Part shown: piece after piece, positions 9,395 through 19,638 of the stretch
Position numbering within the stretch: the first letter of the stretch is position 1
Layout of the letters: every line of letters starts with the position of its first letter
Assembly: GCA_016871215.1 (NCBI GenBank)
Contig: VFZK01000002.1
Span: forward strand, 1-43,139
Origin: Acidimicrobiia bacterium
GTDB taxonomy: Bacteria > Acidobacteriota > Terriglobia > Versatilivoradales > Versatilivoraceae
Reading direction: 5' to 3'
Length of the DNA: 43,139 nt
Notes under the pieces: model-generated
Seen by the model: the letters and a program-made list of their open reading frames with translations, nothing else
Told to the model about the DNA's origin: nothing
Database searches by the model: none
Made by a program: the position numbers and the translations under genes

Positions 9395-9925
9395 CTAGAA
9401 AGTGAAGAGCAGCCCGGCAGTGCCTTCGACGAAGTTCAACGTTTGGCTGAACACGCCGGGCACGGAGTAACCACGGATGTCGAATCGCACACCGAGTGGG
9501 CCTGCCAGATTCCTGAGCTTGAAACCGCCCCCGTAGTTAATCGTGAACTTGGTGCCAATATCGCCGAGATTCCGAAACTCCCCGTACGTGGCGATGAGAC
9601 CGATGCCTGCCGTCAGGTAGGGCACGACGCGTCCTGCTGGAATCCCGATCTGCAGATTAGACTGGGTATTGAACGCGCGCCGCCCCGATTCGAGAAAGTT
9701 CGGACTGAAGGCGAGAGTCTGCTCGAAGCCAACGACCCGGCCTGCGCCGAACCTGGCGCCAAAGACGCCTCCCAACTTCGTTTCTCGCACGAGGTTGTTG
9801 ACGGTCAGTTTGCCCGGGTTCTGAATGCCCGCAAACAGCGTCACGTCAGCAGCGCTGCTGCGTGGGACGAGAACACAGGCGAGCAGTAAACCCGAACCGA
9901 TCGCCTGTGCCAGCAGCTTCCTCAT
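9395..9925 (-). CDS. Small outer-membrane beta-barrel protein (OmpX/OmpW-like, OMP_b-brl type)
   Basis: Signal peptide MRKLLAQAIGSGLLLACVLVPRSSAA, alternating amphipathic strands, and a C-terminal ...GLLFTF ending in Phe. GGGAGG lies upstream of the chosen start. Confidence 0.7.
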   Translation of the reverse strand: MRKLLAQAIGSGLLLACVLVPRSSAADVTLFAGIQNPGKLTVNNLVRETKLGGVFGARFGAGRVVGFEQTLAFSPNFLESGRRAFNTQSNLQIGIPAGRVVPYLTAGIGLIATYGEFRNLGDIGTKFTINYGGGFKLRNLAGPLGVRFDIRGYSVPGVFSQTLNFVEGTAGLLFTF

Positions 9926-10099
9926 CAGCCATTGCCTCCCAAGAGACCCGGCCGACCCTTCCTCGAGGCAATCTGAGCATCGGAGGAGGCCGGTCGGCGT
10001 GTGGTTTATCTTTTCATGCTTTTCCGGTAGAATTCGTCCTCTTTCGGACGCCAAGCGGCTTCAGGCGGGGAACCTAGCTCCAACTGGCATGATTCCTAT

Positions 10100-11170
10100 A
10101 TGAAGGATGCCCTTTCATCTATCAAACCGGTAGTGCGCCAACTTCATGCCTACACGTTGAAGCATTTTGAGGCACGGGTCAAGATCAATCAAAACGAGAA
10201 CCCGTTCGACCTGCCCGATTCGGTGAAGTCCGCGGTGCACAAGGCAATGGAGGGCAGAGCTTGGTGCCGCTACCCCCCGTTTGTGCCCACGGAGCTGGCT
10301 GCCAAACTGGCTCGTTTCGCCGGCTGGCGCAGCGATGGAGTTCTCGTGGGCAACGGCTCCAATGAGCTCATCGAAGCCGTTCTGATGGTCACTGTGGAGC
10401 CGGGCAAGCGGGTAGCCATTCCCCAGCCGACGTTCACTTTGTACCAGCTGCTAGTCGGCATTCTCGGAGGTGAGGTCCTGCCAGTTGCCCTGACGGAGAA
10501 CCTGGACTTCGACGTGCCGAGGCTGGCCAGTGCCGCCGCCCAGGCAGATGTCACGTTGTTGTGCTGCCCGAATAATCCAACAGGCAGCAACTTGAGGCTG
10601 GACGAGATCCGAGAGATCCTGAAGGCCGCCCGGGGGTTGGTGGTCGTTGACGAGGCCTACCATGAATTCAGCCGCCAGACGGCTGTGCCCCTGCTTGCGG
10701 AGTTCGAGCACCTGGTCGTATTGCGTACCTTTTCCAAAGCTATGGCGATGGCAGGCCTGCGCGTTGGATACCTGCTGGGCCATCCGGAAATGGTGGAACA
10801 GATCGCTAAAGCCAAATTGCCTTACAATCTGAACGTTTTTTCCATGGCTGCCGCTGAAGCTGCCGTGGAGCAGTTTTCACTCTTGCAGCCGCAAATCGAG
10901 GTTTTGATTCGGGAGCGCGAGCGTCTGCTGGCTGAGCTGCGACAAACTCCCGGCGTGACAGCCTATGCATCGCAAGCGAATTTCATCGCCTTCAAAACCA
11001 GGCACGCTGCAGCTCAGGTGTTCGAGGCACTGTATTCGCACGGCATTCTCGTGCGCGACGTCAGCCGCTACCCGATGCTCGATCGATTTCTCCGTGTCAC
11101 CGTGGGGTTGCCCCAGGAGAACGACCAGTTCTTAGACGCTTTGCGCAGCTTTCTGGCAGCAGCGCATTGA
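10100..11170 (+). CDS. hisC: Histidinol-phosphate aminotransferase
   Basis: INQNENPF near the N-terminus, [10 protein letters not shown], and the PLP-lysine box [16 protein letters not shown]. Its stop overlaps the hisB start. Confidence 0.9.
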   Translation: MKDALSSIKPVVRQLHAYTLKHFEARVKINQNENPFDLPDSVKSAVHKAMEGRAWCRYPPFVPTELAAKLARFAGWRSDGVLVGNGSNELIEAVLMVTVEPGKRVAIPQPTFTLYQLLVGILGGEVLPVALTENLDFDVPRLASAAAQADVTLLCCPNNPTGSNLRLDEIREILKAARGLVVVDEAYHEFSRQTAVPLLAEFEHLVVLRTFSKAMAMAGLRVGYLLGHPEMVEQIAKAKLPYNLNVFSMAAAEAAVEQFSLLQPQIEVLIRERERLLAELRQTPGVTAYASQANFIAFKTRHAAAQVFEALYSHGILVRDVSRYPMLDRFLRVTVGLPQENDQFLDALRSFLAAAH

Positions 11171-11793
11171 GTAACGCTAACCTATTCGAGGGACGATCCT
11201 TGAACCAGCCACGTGCAGCCGAAATTTCCCGAAAGACCAAAGAGACCGCAATCACCGTGAGACTTGTCATCGATGGCAAGGGGGAGTCTCACGTCGCCAC
11301 GGGCATTCCCTTTTTCGACCACATGCTGGCACTGTTTGCGAAGCACGGCTTGTTCGATGTCGACATCGCTTGCCAGGGAGATTTGGAAGTGGACGGGCAT
11401 CATACCGTCGAGGATGTTGGCATCGCCTTAGGCGAGGCGTTTCATCAGGCACTCGGTTCCAAGGAAGGCGTGGCGCGCTACGGAGCCGCTTACGTTCCGA
11501 TGGATGAAACTCTAAGCCGCGCGGTGGTCGACTTCTCGGGCAGGCCTTACCTGGTCTGCAAAGCCGAGTTCCCGGCGGAGAAGATGGGCGCCATGAGCAC
11601 GGAGCTCGTTGAAGAGTTTTTTCGCGCTTTCGCCGTAAACGCCCGCATCAATTTGCACATCGAGGTCCTCTATGGCAAAAACTCGCACCACATGGCCGAA
11701 GCGATGTTCAAATCAGCGGCAAGGGCGCTTTGCGTTGCGGTAGCCAGAGATCCGCGGGTGACGGGTGTTCCCTCCACAAAAGGGGTGCTCTGA
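11167..11793 (+). CDS. hisB: Imidazoleglycerol-phosphate dehydratase
   Basis: [31 protein letters not shown] and [14 protein letters not shown] are the classic IGPD metal-binding motifs. Confidence 0.92.
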   Translation: MSNANLFEGRSLNQPRAAEISRKTKETAITVRLVIDGKGESHVATGIPFFDHMLALFAKHGLFDVDIACQGDLEVDGHHTVEDVGIALGEAFHQALGSKEGVARYGAAYVPMDETLSRAVVDFSGRPYLVCKAEFPAEKMGAMSTELVEEFFRAFAVNARINLHIEVLYGKNSHHMAEAMFKSAARALCVAVARDPRVTGVPSTKGVL

Positions 11794-12392
11794 TGGTGAC
11801 GATCGTCGACTACGCCATCAACAACCTGCGGAGCGTCGAAAAAGCGTTTGCAAGCATGGGCTTTCCGGTCGAGGTAACGGACGATCCGGGCAGAATCCGC
11901 TGCGCTGAGAAACTCGTACTTCCAGGTGTTGGCGCCTTCGCCGATGCGATGCATAACCTCAAGGCGAAAAGCCTGATCGCAGCCATTCGGGAAAGCGTGC
12001 TGGCCGGCACCCCGCTGTTGGGTCTCTGCCTTGGCTTGCAACTGCTGTTCAGCGAGAGCGAAGAATTTGGGTTGACCGAGGGGTTCGGATTCATCCCAGG
12101 GAAGGTGAAGCGTTTGCCCGACCGGCTGCTAGTGCCTCACATCGGCTGGAACCAGCTGCATTTGCAGCGTTCCGATCCGCTGGTAGAAGGAATTACGGAG
12201 GGCAGCTTTGTGTATTTCGTACATTCCTACTACGCGGAACCCGAAGACCGCCAGGACATCCTGGCAACCACCGATTATGAAGTCGAGTTTCTCTCGATCG
12301 CGCGCCGCGGGAACGTCTGGGCGACGCAGTTTCACCCTGAAAAGAGCCAAGCCGTAGGACTGCGTCTCTTAAGAAACTTCGCGGTGATGTAG
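11793..12392 (+). CDS. hisH: Imidazole glycerol phosphate synthase, glutamine amidotransferase subunit
   Basis: VLPGVGAF, GLCLGLQLL (nucleophile Cys) and TQFHPEKS. Its ATG overlaps the hisB stop (TGATG). Confidence 0.92.
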   Translation: MVTIVDYAINNLRSVEKAFASMGFPVEVTDDPGRIRCAEKLVLPGVGAFADAMHNLKAKSLIAAIRESVLAGTPLLGLCLGLQLLFSESEEFGLTEGFGFIPGKVKRLPDRLLVPHIGWNQLHLQRSDPLVEGITEGSFVYFVHSYYAEPEDRQDILATTDYEVEFLSIARRGNVWATQFHPEKSQAVGLRLLRNFAVM

Positions 12393-12771
12393 GGACGCGG
12401 CAAACGCATTTGCAGACGCGGCGACAGATCCGAGTCGAGTCGGCCTCCTGCGAGGGGTCGAGTTCTGGGCGATGGACGCGGGGTTGGTGTAACGGGACCG
12501 CTTCGGTTTGCCGCGGCTGATAGCCGCGAAGGTTTCGTGTCAGTGGCAAGTCAAGATGTCCGGTGAGATTTCCGGTGAGAATTCCGTTGGCCCGCCGTTC
12601 GGCTCGTGCTACTCTGGCTCTCGTTATGATATGCAATCTTGTCGGCAGGATTCGCAGCACCTTCTGGAGCCAGCCCCAGCGTTGGGGGGCCTCCCCCCGC
12701 ATAAACCTCCTTTCGCAATAGATCTCCGCTTTGAATTGCATCGCGAGCCTCTCGACGTTGGAGGTTGAGGC

Positions 12772-13527
12772 ATGATCGTTTTTCCAGCCATCGATATGCG
12801 ACAAGGACGGTGCGTGCGCCTGCTGCAAGGCCGGGCAGACCGGCAGACCGTCTACTTCGAAGATCCGGTCGCCGTGGCGCTCCGCTGGGAATCAGAAGGC
12901 GCCGCCTGGTTGCATCTCGTCGACCTGGACGGCGCGATGTCCGCAGGTCCCGGCAATCGGGTCATTGCGAAGCAAATCTTTGCGGCCTTGCAGATTCCCG
13001 TACAATTCGGTGGCGGGCTGAGGGCGATGAGCGATTTGGACGACGTTCTCGAGGCAGGGGCGGCCCGTGCGGTCCTGGGTACAGCGGCTGTCCAGGATCC
13101 AGAGTTTCTGGCGAAGGCGTTGGAACGTTTCGGGGAGCGAATCGTCGTTGGCATCGACGCCCGCGATGGCCATGTGGCAACACACGGGTGGAACAAAGTC
13201 GGGTCGCTGGAAGCGGAAGTGTTCGCAGCAAAGCTGGTTCGGAACGGAGTCCAGCGCGTCGTGCACACCGACATCTCCAAGGATGGGATGCTGATGGGAC
13301 CCAACCTGGAAGCCTCCCGGCGATTGGCGGCCAGCAGCGGACTGAAGGTCATTGTCTCCGGAGGAGTGGCGTCGCTCGGTGACCTCCAATCTCTGCGGGG
13401 CTTGGAGAGCTCAGGAGTCGAAGGCGCGATTGTAGGCAAAGCTCTGTATGAAGGACGGTTGACGCTGAAGGAGGCGATGGAAGCGGCCGGCGCGGCCACG
13501 GCCACAAGTAGCGAGCTTGCGCGGTGA
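12772..13527 (+). CDS. hisA: ProFAR isomerase (1-(5-phosphoribosyl)-5-[(5-phosphoribosylamino)methylideneamino]imidazole-4-carboxamide isomerase)
   Basis: MIVFPAIDMRQGRCVRLLQG, HLVDLDGA and VHTDISKDGMLMGPN. GGAGG lies upstream. Confidence 0.92.
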   Translation: MIVFPAIDMRQGRCVRLLQGRADRQTVYFEDPVAVALRWESEGAAWLHLVDLDGAMSAGPGNRVIAKQIFAALQIPVQFGGGLRAMSDLDDVLEAGAARAVLGTAAVQDPEFLAKALERFGERIVVGIDARDGHVATHGWNKVGSLEAEVFAAKLVRNGVQRVVHTDISKDGMLMGPNLEASRRLAASSGLKVIVSGGVASLGDLQSLRGLESSGVEGAIVGKALYEGRLTLKEAMEAAGAATATSSELAR

Positions 13528-13667
13528 AGCTTGGACAGTGATTCAGGCCCGCCTCTAGGCATCGGAACCGCTTCCAGGGCTTTCTGCCCGGCACTCAGGG
13601 CGGGTGAAGCCGGTTTTTGCAGCACCTGATTTGTCTTTGGATTGGTCTTTCTCTTAGAATCGCAATC

Positions 13668-14441
13668 ATGCTGGCCAAACGGATCATTCCTTGCCTGGAC
13701 GTGGATCGAGGGCGAGTCGTTAAGGGCGTCAACTTCGTCGAGTTAATCGATGCCGGCGATCCGGTAGAGTGCGGCAGACGTTACGACCAGGCTGGCGCTG
13801 ACGAACTGGTGTTCCTGGACATCACGGCCTCGTCCGATGCGCGCAACATCGTCGCTAACATGGTGCGACGGGTCGCTGATACGGTGTTCATTCCCTTTAC
13901 CGTGGGCGGCGGTATCCGCAGTGCCGATGACATTCGGGAGATCTTGCGGTCGGGAGCCGACAAGGTTTCACTCAACACAGCGGCCGTGAAGAATCCCGAA
14001 TTGATTGCCAGCGGCGCCGAGACGTTCGGCTCTCAGTGCATTGTGGTCGCCATTGATGCGAAGCGGCAGGCTGTACCTGGCGGACAGGCGGGCCCTTCCT
14101 GGGAGGTCTTTGTCCATGGTGGTCGCACGCCGACAGGGCTGGACGCGCTCGATTGGGCGGAAAAAGCCCAGCAGTTGGGTGCAGGGGAGATCTTGCTCAC
14201 CAGCATGGATCGCGATGGCACCAAAGACGGCTACGACTTGGAGCTTCTGAAGGCCGTGACCTCTCGCGTGCAGATTCCTGTGATCGCTTCAGGCGGGGTG
14301 GGAACCTTAGACCACATCTACCAGGGTTTGACCGAAGGGGGCGCCAGTGCCGCGCTGGCCGCGTCCATTTTTCATTTCGGCGCCTTCACCATTGGGCAGG
14401 TCAAGACCTATTTGCGCCAGCGTGGCGTGCTGGTGAGGTGA
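13668..14441 (+). CDS. hisF: Imidazole glycerol phosphate synthase, cyclase subunit
   Basis: [49 protein letters not shown] and ASGGVG. Confidence 0.93.
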   Translation: MLAKRIIPCLDVDRGRVVKGVNFVELIDAGDPVECGRRYDQAGADELVFLDITASSDARNIVANMVRRVADTVFIPFTVGGGIRSADDIREILRSGADKVSLNTAAVKNPELIASGAETFGSQCIVVAIDAKRQAVPGGQAGPSWEVFVHGGRTPTGLDALDWAEKAQQLGAGEILLTSMDRDGTKDGYDLELLKAVTSRVQIPVIASGGVGTLDHIYQGLTEGGASAALAASIFHFGAFTIGQVKTYLRQRGVLVR

Positions 14442-14452
14442 AGCGACAAGTC

Positions 14453-15136
14453 ATGTCCGAAACCGAGATCGCAGAAGTCTTGACTCGGCTCAAGTTCGAC
14501 GAGCAGGGACTCATTCCGGCCATCGTGCAAGATGTCGGGACGGGCCGGGTCTTGACGCTTGCCTACATGAATCGCGAAGCCGTGCAGCTTTCGCTCAAGG
14601 AGCAACAGACTTGGTTCTGGAGCCGCAGCCGGCAGAAGTTGTGGCACAAGGGCGAGACTTCGGGCAACACCCAGCGGATTGTTCGAGCCGAGGCCGACTG
14701 CGATGGTGACGCGCTCCTGGTGTATGTGGAGCCGCGCGGTCCTGCCTGCCACACGGGAAGGGAAAGCTGCTTCTTCGACGCGCTTTCCGGCGACGGGTTA
14801 CAGCCCAGCTTTCGATCTGCCGGCGAGAGCCCATTCCTCGGGACAATCGAGCGGCTGGCCAAGACGATCAGGACGCGCAGGGTGGAGATGCCGGAAGGCT
14901 CCTACACAGCCTATTTGTTCAGCAAAGGACTGGATAAGATTCTCAAGAAGATCGGGGAGGAGTCTGCCGAAACGATCATCGCAGCCAAGAACCGGTCGAA
15001 ACCTGAGTTGGCTCTCGAATCGGCAGACCTTCTTTACCATTTGCTCGTGTTGTTCGAAAACGAAGGGCTCGAGCTTGAGGATGTGCTGGCAGAACTCGAA
15101 AAGCGAGCGCAGAAAAAGAGGCCAGCGAGCTCGTAG
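14453..15136 (+). CDS. hisIE: Bifunctional phosphoribosyl-AMP cyclohydrolase / phosphoribosyl-ATP pyrophosphatase
   Basis: The HisI part has [26 protein letters not shown] and CDGDALL...C. The HisE part has EGSYTAYLF and [12 protein letters not shown]. Confidence 0.9.
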   Translation: MSETEIAEVLTRLKFDEQGLIPAIVQDVGTGRVLTLAYMNREAVQLSLKEQQTWFWSRSRQKLWHKGETSGNTQRIVRAEADCDGDALLVYVEPRGPACHTGRESCFFDALSGDGLQPSFRSAGESPFLGTIERLAKTIRTRRVEMPEGSYTAYLFSKGLDKILKKIGEESAETIIAAKNRSKPELALESADLLYHLLVLFENEGLELEDVLAELEKRAQKKRPASS

Positions 15137-15196
15137 GCAAGGCCTGCAACTGCCTTCCGGGTAGGTCGGCGAAATGGCAGTCTCGCGTAGCAGACG

Positions 15197-16675
15197 ATGA
15201 TCACACCATCATTCGAAAAATTCGTTGAGTGCAGCAAACAGGGAAACATCATCCCGGTGTACAAGGCGGTGACGGCCGACTTGCTGACACCCGTGCTCGC
15301 TTACTTGAAGATCCAGGCCGCGAACCCGCATGCGTTTCTTCTCGAAAGCATCGAGGGAGGAGAAAAGGTCGCCCGCTACTCGTTCCTGGGTTGCAGCCCC
15401 TACCTGGCCATCAGTTCTCGGGGCGACACGGTCGAGATCCTGCGGGCTGGCGAACGCATGAAGCGGAAAGGCCAGTTGCTCGACGTGATGCGCAAAATCA
15501 CCGAGCGCTACCGGCCTGTTACGCTGCCCGGCCTGCCGCCATTTGTCGGCGGCGCGGTGGGTTACGTCTCCTATGACGCGGTGCGTTGGATCGAGAAGAT
15601 CCCGCAAACCGGACAAGACGACCTGAAGCTGGACGATGCGACGATGATGTTCTTCTCGACTGTTCTGGCCTTCGACCATGCGCGCCAGCAGATTCTCGTC
15701 ATCTCGAACGCGTTCATCGAAGAAGACGCACCTCAGCTGGAGAGCAAGTATCAGAAAGCTGTGGCTGAGATCGAGGCTCTGGAGTTCTTGCTCAACCAGC
15801 CGGCAGCCGTTCCAGAATTCGGAAAGGCGGAGGAGGGTAATGAACGCATTCAGTCCAATTTCTCCAAGGCAGATTACTTGGCCGCTGTGGAAAAAGCCAA
15901 GGAGCATATCAAGGCCGGCGATATTTTCCAGGCAGTGCTTTCGCAACGGTTCACGGCGACGGTGACCTGCGACCCGTTTAACATTTACCGCGCCCTGCGT
16001 ATCGTGAACCCCTCGCCTTACATGTTCTTCCTGAAACTGGACGAGTGCTTCGTCATTGGCTCCTCGCCGGAAATGCTGGTTCGCATCGTCGATGGCAAGG
16101 CCTACTACCGGCCTATCGCGGGCACGCGGCCACGCGGCGCGAGCGAAGATGAGGATGCGCTTCTGGCCGAAGAGCTGAAAGCGGACGAAAAAGAGAAAGC
16201 TGAGCACATCATGCTGGTCGATCTGGGGCGCAATGATCTCGGCCGGGTCTGCGAGTTTGGAACCGTGGAAGTGCTGGACCTGATGCTCATCGAGAAGTAT
16301 TCGCACGTGATGCATCTGGTTTCGAGCCTGCGGGGTGAACTGCGCAAGAACCTCGACCGGTTCGATGCCCTGATGGCGTGTTTCCCGGCGGGAACCGTGA
16401 CGGGCGCCCCCAAGGTTCGTGCGATGGAAATCATCGACGGGCTCGAACCGACGCGGCGGGGAGTTTATGCCGGAGCGATTCTGTACCTGGACTTTTCCGG
16501 CAACCTCGATTCGTGCATCGCCATCCGCACACTGGTGGTCAAGGATGGAAAGGCCTTCATCCAGGCAGGGGGTGGCATCGTGGCCGACTCAGTGCCTGAG
16601 AAGGAGTTCCAGGAGACGATTAACAAGTCCCGCGCCTTGGTGAAAGCGGTCGAGATGGCAGAACAGGGATTCTGA
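15197..16675 (+). CDS. trpE: Anthranilate synthase component I
   Basis: LLESIEGGE, FQAVLSQRF, IAGTRPRG, MLVDLGRNDLGRV, TGAPKVRAMEII and RGVYAGAI. Confidence 0.93.
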   Translation: MITPSFEKFVECSKQGNIIPVYKAVTADLLTPVLAYLKIQAANPHAFLLESIEGGEKVARYSFLGCSPYLAISSRGDTVEILRAGERMKRKGQLLDVMRKITERYRPVTLPGLPPFVGGAVGYVSYDAVRWIEKIPQTGQDDLKLDDATMMFFSTVLAFDHARQQILVISNAFIEEDAPQLESKYQKAVAEIEALEFLLNQPAAVPEFGKAEEGNERIQSNFSKADYLAAVEKAKEHIKAGDIFQAVLSQRFTATVTCDPFNIYRALRIVNPSPYMFFLKLDECFVIGSSPEMLVRIVDGKAYYRPIAGTRPRGASEDEDALLAEELKADEKEKAEHIMLVDLGRNDLGRVCEFGTVEVLDLMLIEKYSHVMHLVSSLRGELRKNLDRFDALMACFPAGTVTGAPKVRAMEIIDGLEPTRRGVYAGAILYLDFSGNLDSCIAIRTLVVKDGKAFIQAGGGIVADSVPEKEFQETINKSRALVKAVEMAEQGF

Positions 16676-16755
16676 GTGGGATGCTGGGTGGTCGCGCTAG
16701 AGCGATCGCAGATCGCCGCTCGCCTCGCAGACCGCTCCCTTTTCGTCAAGAAACC

Positions 16756-17322
16756 ATGATTCTAGTAATCGATAATTACGACTCCTTCACGTATAACCTG
16801 GTCCAGCACCTCGGAGAGCTCGGCCAGCAGCTGGAGGTCCATCGCAACGACCAGATCGACCTGGCGACAATCCAGACGATGAACCCGGATCGAATTGTCA
16901 TTTCCCCAGGACCAGGAAATCCCGACCAGGCAGGCATTACACTGAAACTGCTCCGAGCCTTTGAGGGCAAGAACCCCATTCTGGGTGTTTGTCTCGGTCA
17001 TCAGGCTATCGGCCAGGCTTTTGGCGGCAAGGTGGTTCCCGCTCCCTATTTGATGCACGGCAAGACCAGCGAAATCTGCCATGACAATCGCACGATTTTC
17101 GAAGGTCTACCGTATCGTTTCCCGGCAACGCGTTATCATTCGCTAATGGTCGAGCGGAAGAGTCTGCCGAAATGCCTGGAGATTTCAGCGACGTCGACCG
17201 ACGGACTCATCATGGGGCTGCGTCACCGGGAGTACCCGATCGAAGGCGTGCAGTTTCATCCGGAATCGATCCTGACGGTCCAGGGCAAGAAGCTGCTGCA
17301 GAACTTCTTGAAATTGGCTTGA
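16756..17322 (+). CDS. trpG: Anthranilate synthase component II (glutamine amidotransferase; TrpG/PabA type)
   Basis: MILVIDNYDSFTYNLVQ, GVCLGHQAIG and GVQFHPESI. Confidence 0.9.
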   Translation: MILVIDNYDSFTYNLVQHLGELGQQLEVHRNDQIDLATIQTMNPDRIVISPGPGNPDQAGITLKLLRAFEGKNPILGVCLGHQAIGQAFGGKVVPAPYLMHGKTSEICHDNRTIFEGLPYRFPATRYHSLMVERKSLPKCLEISATSTDGLIMGLRHREYPIEGVQFHPESILTVQGKKLLQNFLKLA

Positions 17323-17400
17323 TCACGTGGCTGTTTTTCGAAGGAAACGCCCTGCCGGGTTGGCGCACACCTTGCCGAGCGACCTCGCCCACTAGAGTCC

Positions 17401-18450
17401 ATGACCCCGAAACCCTTTTACCTTGACGCTCTGAAGAAGCTGCAGAGCCGTACTCATCTGGAAAGCAGCGAGGCCGAGTTGCTGCTGCAAGCGATCTTCG
17501 AGCAGCAGCTCAGCGAAGTCCAGACCGCCGCATTGCTCAGCAGCCTGGCCGCCAAGGGAGAGACCGTCGACGAGATCGTGGGATTCGCACGAGGCATGCG
17601 GCGCTTTGCCGTGACGTTGAAGCACAGCCAGCCTCGGCTTGTCGATACAGCCGGAACGGGCGGAGACGCTGCCGGAACGTTCAATATCTCCACCGCGGCA
17701 GCGTTCGTTATCGCCGGGGCCGGAGTTCCGGTTGCGAAGCACGGAAATCGCGCCATGTCTGGGAAGTGCGGTAGCGCGGATGTTCTGAGCCACTTAGGCG
17801 TTAACATCGAAGCGCCTGTTCGTGTACTGGAGGAGTGCCTGGACAAGGGAGGCATCACGTTCCTGTTCGCACCCCTGTTCCATCCGGCGATGAAAGCCGT
17901 CGGCAAGGTGCGTCGCGAGCTCGGTGTTCGCACGGTTTTCAACCTCCTAGGTCCCTTGCTGAATCCAGCCGGCGCGCGGCGTCAGACCGTAGGCGTTTTC
18001 TCCCAGCCACTGACTGAAAGACTCGCCGAAGCGCTGCGCCAGCTGCAGTGCGAGCAGGCCCTGGTGTTTTGTGGCGAGAACGGCCTGGACGAGTTCAGTG
18101 TGGACGGGACGACCCAGGTCACTGAATTGCGCGATGGAAAGGTCAAGACCGAATCTGTGGAGCCCGAGCGTTTCGGGCTTGCACGGAGGAGCCGGGCGGA
18201 GCTCAAGGGCGGAGACGCCGCCGAGAATGCGCGCATCCTGCGAGATGTTTTCGAGAACCGAGGCACTCAGGCACAGCGAGACGTCGTTCTGCTGAATGCC
18301 GCCGCTGGCATCTATGTTGCCGGGGCAGCCCAGTCTGTCGGCGAAGGCATGGCCTTGGCTCGGGAGGCGCTCGCCAGTGGCCAGGCGCTGGCCAAGCTAG
18401 AGACGCTGGTGGAACTCAGCAATCGCCCGCTGGCAGGCGCTGCATCGTAG
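17401..18450 (+). CDS. trpD: Anthranilate phosphoribosyltransferase
   Basis: VDTAGTGGDAAGTFNISTAAAFV, AKHGNRAMSGKCGSADVL and NLLGPLLNPA. Confidence 0.92.
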   Translation: MTPKPFYLDALKKLQSRTHLESSEAELLLQAIFEQQLSEVQTAALLSSLAAKGETVDEIVGFARGMRRFAVTLKHSQPRLVDTAGTGGDAAGTFNISTAAAFVIAGAGVPVAKHGNRAMSGKCGSADVLSHLGVNIEAPVRVLEECLDKGGITFLFAPLFHPAMKAVGKVRRELGVRTVFNLLGPLLNPAGARRQTVGVFSQPLTERLAEALRQLQCEQALVFCGENGLDEFSVDGTTQVTELRDGKVKTESVEPERFGLARRSRAELKGGDAAENARILRDVFENRGTQAQRDVVLLNAAAGIYVAGAAQSVGEGMALAREALASGQALAKLETLVELSNRPLAGAAS

Positions 18451-18615
18451 TGCCTCACGGGACCTTCAGAACGGTGACCCCCAGAGTGAATGTCTCCTGG
18501 ACCTGTGCGGAATCTCAGAACCAAGGCTGCGAAAAAATCAGAAAATTCGTCCAAACGCCGCGTGAGGTCAAGCGGCCTCCAATGACTCCAAAAGGGTTCT
18601 ACACGTATTGTTGGC

Positions 18616-18642
18616 CCGGTGCCCTCACCGGAGGTATTTTTT
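18616..18642 (+). terminator. Weak hairpin plus T6 tract inside the trpD-trpC spacer (possible internal attenuator/terminator)
   Basis: CCGGTG-ccct-CACCGG, then AGGTA, then TTTTTT. The stem is short and the T-run is offset by 5 nt, so this is weak. Confidence 0.2.
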
Positions 18643-18695
18643 CACAGTCGGGACGTTCGCATTCCATGGCGAATCCGGCCTGCGAAAGGTGACCC

Positions 18696-19493
18696 TTGGA
18701 AGATAGGCTGGCACAGATCCTCGAGAGCAAGAGAGCGCGGCTGGAGCAGCTCAAGAAGCTGACCCCGGTCGCCGCCGTGCAGAACTCCACAGCGAGAACA
18801 ACCTTCGTCAAAACACGTTCGTTCTATGATGCGCTGGCTCGCGACGACCGTCTCAACCTCATCGCCGAGCTCAAGAAGGCTTCGCCCTCGAAAGGCCTGC
18901 TGCGAGAGAATTACGATCCAGTTGAGCTGGCGATTGACTACGAATCGCACGGCGCGGCCGCGATTTCGGTTCTTACCGAAGAGAATTACTTTCTGGGGTC
19001 GCTGGAGCATCTGCAGCGGGTGCGGCCCAACGTGTCTCGGCCACTGCTGCGCAAGGATTTCATCTTCGATCCGTACCAGGTTTACGAAGCCGCTGCGGCC
19101 GGCGCCGACGCCATTCTGTTGATTGTGGCCATTCTTGATGCCGGCACGCTCGCCAGCCTGATCCAGCTGGCCGAACTGACGGGTCTGGATTCGCTGGTCG
19201 AGGTCCATGATCGCCAGGAGCTAAACACCGCATTGACCGCCGGAGCCAAGATCGTGGGTATCAACAATCGCAACTTGAAGACATTTGCGGTGGACCTGCA
19301 CACCACGCTCCAGCTCGCGCCGCATGTGCCCGACGCCGCCGTGCTGGTGAGCGAAAGCGGCATCCACACGGCCGACGACATCCGCATGCTGCGGGATGCC
19401 GGATGTGATGCGTTTCTGATTGGCGAAGCATTCATGAAGTCCGAGAAGCCTGGACGGGCATTGAGAGAGTTGATGATCCGGAGCCTGAACTAG
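18696..19493 (+). CDS. trpC: Indole-3-glycerol phosphate synthase
   Basis: LAQILESKRARL, LIAELKKASPSKG, ISVLTEENYFLGS, LRKDFIFDPYQV and VGINNRNLKTF. It uses a TTG start with AAGGTG upstream. Confidence 0.9.
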   Translation: MEDRLAQILESKRARLEQLKKLTPVAAVQNSTARTTFVKTRSFYDALARDDRLNLIAELKKASPSKGLLRENYDPVELAIDYESHGAAAISVLTEENYFLGSLEHLQRVRPNVSRPLLRKDFIFDPYQVYEAAAAGADAILLIVAILDAGTLASLIQLAELTGLDSLVEVHDRQELNTALTAGAKIVGINNRNLKTFAVDLHTTLQLAPHVPDAAVLVSESGIHTADDIRMLRDAGCDAFLIGEAFMKSEKPGRALRELMIRSLN

Positions 19494-19638
19494 GCCCCCT
19501 GTTTCATCATTAAGGCGACGAAGCGTGCCCATTCGTCATGCCCGCAGACGCGGACAAGACGGCTGGGGTTCTGGTCCCGTTCGTGGAAATCGAAGGGCTA
19601 AGGAATGAGGGTCCCCGCCGCCCTCCATTGAGACTGCT

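Noticed and set aside
12193-12828. 211-aa minus-strand ORF spanning the whole hisH-hisA spacer
   Set aside because: It overlaps the 3' end of hisH and the 5' end of hisA. It is extremely Arg-rich and low in complexity, has no RBS or motif support, and is probably an open frame by chance.
15209-16315. 368-aa ORF antisense to trpE. Similar long antisense or alternate-frame ORFs occur at 20840..21727 opposite trpB, 12852..13625 opposite hisA, 42237..42983 opposite the HAD gene, 6635..7444 in another frame of the EamA gene, and 31042..31656 and 31915..32571 in the helicase gene.
   Set aside because: Each lies entirely within or opposite a gene with unmistakable family motifs. Their translations are Arg/Pro/Gly-rich with no recognisable motifs. 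Long spurious ORFs are expected in GC-rich DNA because stop codons are AT-rich.
18306-18320. Exact sigma-54-like motif TGGCAT-ctatg-TTGC inside the trpD coding region
   Set aside because: It lies within a conserved CDS about 375 nt upstream of trpC, with no upstream palindrome. A single such match in ~86 kb of two-strand sequence is not far from chance expectation, and sigma-54 control of trp genes has no precedent that I know of.
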